A stretch of 64,000 nt of DNA from an uncultured Fibrobacteria bacterium. Its GTDB lineage: Bacteria; Fibrobacterota; Fibrobacteria; UBA11236. Positions 62,914 through 64,000 of the stretch are shown here, one piece after another (position 1 is the stretch's first letter; each line of letters opens with the position of its first letter). A program made the translations under genes and the position numbers. The stretch is taken from contig OY970309.1 of assembly GCA_963716395.1 (NCBI GenBank), positions 2,368,001 through 2,432,000 on the forward strand, in the 5' to 3' direction. Below the pieces are notes generated by a model. It had not been told where the DNA came from. It searched no databases and was given only the letters and a program-made list of their open reading frames with translations.

Positions 62914-63282
62914 ATGAACATATTATTCTGGGTTCTGCAAGTTCTTCTCGCCCTGCACACCGTCATCGGCGCGATCTGGAAGTTTTCCAATTCCGAGCAG
63001 ACCGTGCCTTCTTTGCACGCCATTCCCCACGGAGCCTGGCTGGCGATGAGCGTCCTCGAGTTGCTGGGCAGCGTGTGCCTGCTCCTCCCGGCCGTCAAAA
63101 CATCATGGGGTATCCTGGCCCCGGCGGCGGCGGTATGGATCGCGGCGGAAATGCTGCTCTTTACCGGTGTGACGCTTTTTTCCGGCGACGTGAATATGGG
63201 CCATATCATTTATTGGCTGGTCGTGGCCGCTTTTTGCGCGCTGATCGCTTACGGCCGCTTGGTGTTGAAGCCGATTCGATAA
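62914..63282 (+). CDS. DoxX-like membrane protein
   Basis: MNILFWVLQVLLA, LELLG..LLLP, AYGR; 4 TM. Confidence 0.85.
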   Translation: MNILFWVLQVLLALHTVIGAIWKFSNSEQTVPSLHAIPHGAWLAMSVLELLGSVCLLLPAVKTSWGILAPAAAVWIAAEMLLFTGVTLFSGDVNMGHIIYWLVVAAFCALIAYGRLVLKPIR

Positions 63283-63369
63283 TCACCCGAAATCAAGGCG
63301 ATGGGGTATTGCCGCCGTTACGGGCAGACCTTGCGGTTCCGACGGCGTACGTGCCGGTCGACAGGCGGT

Positions 63370-63927
63370 TCAGGGAATCTTCTTGGCGACGCGATAAAAT
63401 ATGATCCCGTGGGTCGAGAGTAGAATCGGGACCAAAAAGGTCGGCAATAGTATCAACGGGAGATGCGTCAGTGGATCCATTTGCCGCATATCCTTTAAAC
63501 CCAGGCGAATGGCGGTTTGCAGCGCGAATAGAATATCGATGAGGCCGAGGGTGTTCCAGATCAGGATTCTGTTCCAATTTATTTTGGATCGCGAAAACCC
63601 GGAAATGACCAAGACCAAGGCGAAGCACGCGATCAGAATATCTCCGATGCCGCCCGGAATCGCGAAGGCAAACGGCAGTTGCTTTTTGGAAAACAAGTAA
63701 ATGAAATAAATGCCGATCAAGCGGATCCCATGGACGGCGATTAAGCTTCTCAAGGGGATCGTATGGATGAAATCCATGAGGCGTCGGGATCGAAAATACG
63801 CGATCAAGACGATGGCCGTTAAAATTCCGACCGTCATCCCATAAACCGGCGCCGGAGCGTTTTTGATAATTCCCGTCAACCCCACCAAGGTCGCTGATAA
63901 AAACCAGGCCGGAAGAAGGATCTTCAT
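63370..63927 (-). CDS. Hypothetical integral membrane protein
   Basis: About 6 TM; HGIRLIG, GIGDIL, WNTLGLID, LPTFLVP; lower GC. Confidence 0.75.
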   Translation of the reverse strand: MKILLPAWFLSATLVGLTGIIKNAPAPVYGMTVGILTAIVLIAYFRSRRLMDFIHTIPLRSLIAVHGIRLIGIYFIYLFSKKQLPFAFAIPGGIGDILIACFALVLVISGFSRSKINWNRILIWNTLGLIDILFALQTAIRLGLKDMRQMDPLTHLPLILLPTFLVPILLSTHGIIFYRVAKKIP

Positions 63928-64000
63928 GGGCGCCTCGATTTTCTTAAAGAAAGGCTGCGGGATTATGCGGAGTAGTTTCTTTCAGGCCGCGTCGCCGCCC

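Overview
A GC-rich, gene-dense chromosomal window with about 63 protein-coding genes. I saw no rRNA, tRNA, CRISPR array, transposase or prophage gene. The gene content (PEP-CTERM/exosortase, a T9SS/FlgD-like C-terminal domain, an FGE-fold lipoprotein, futalosine-pathway MqnA, a Bat operon, a Fibrobacter-type LexA-like box) suggests a diderm, possibly Fibrobacterota; that is inference. In order: (1) PEP-CTERM export locus with TPR, exosortase, EpsI, a substrate and a sigma-54/enhancer promoter; (2) redox/stress signalling region with two histidine kinases, two Hpt proteins, USP, a RIC-like di-iron protein, an OmpR regulator and a diguanylate cyclase, interrupted by a long Lhr helicase; (3) bcp-ndh-yyaL, HU, mqnA; (4) pseudokinase-Rieske, ECF/anti-sigma, transaldolase; (5) an expanded 12-gene MoxR/Bat operon; (6) recR-engB, PLP enzyme-mutY, FGE lipoprotein, rplU-rpmA, Ser/Thr kinase, PPIase; (7) glycerolipid genes and ndk; (8) a loopless 36-bp palindrome ahead of a lower-GC radical SAM gene, then apt-mtnN and ArsR-SRPBCC-DoxX. 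Best leads: the palindrome plus radical SAM unit, the Bat operon with an embedded TPR/SurA-like lipoprotein, the membrane pseudokinase, the split phosphorelay with pseudo-domains, and a REP-like insert with a target-site-like duplication. Products were called by motif recognition only, no searches were run, and several start codons were re-picked by eye.
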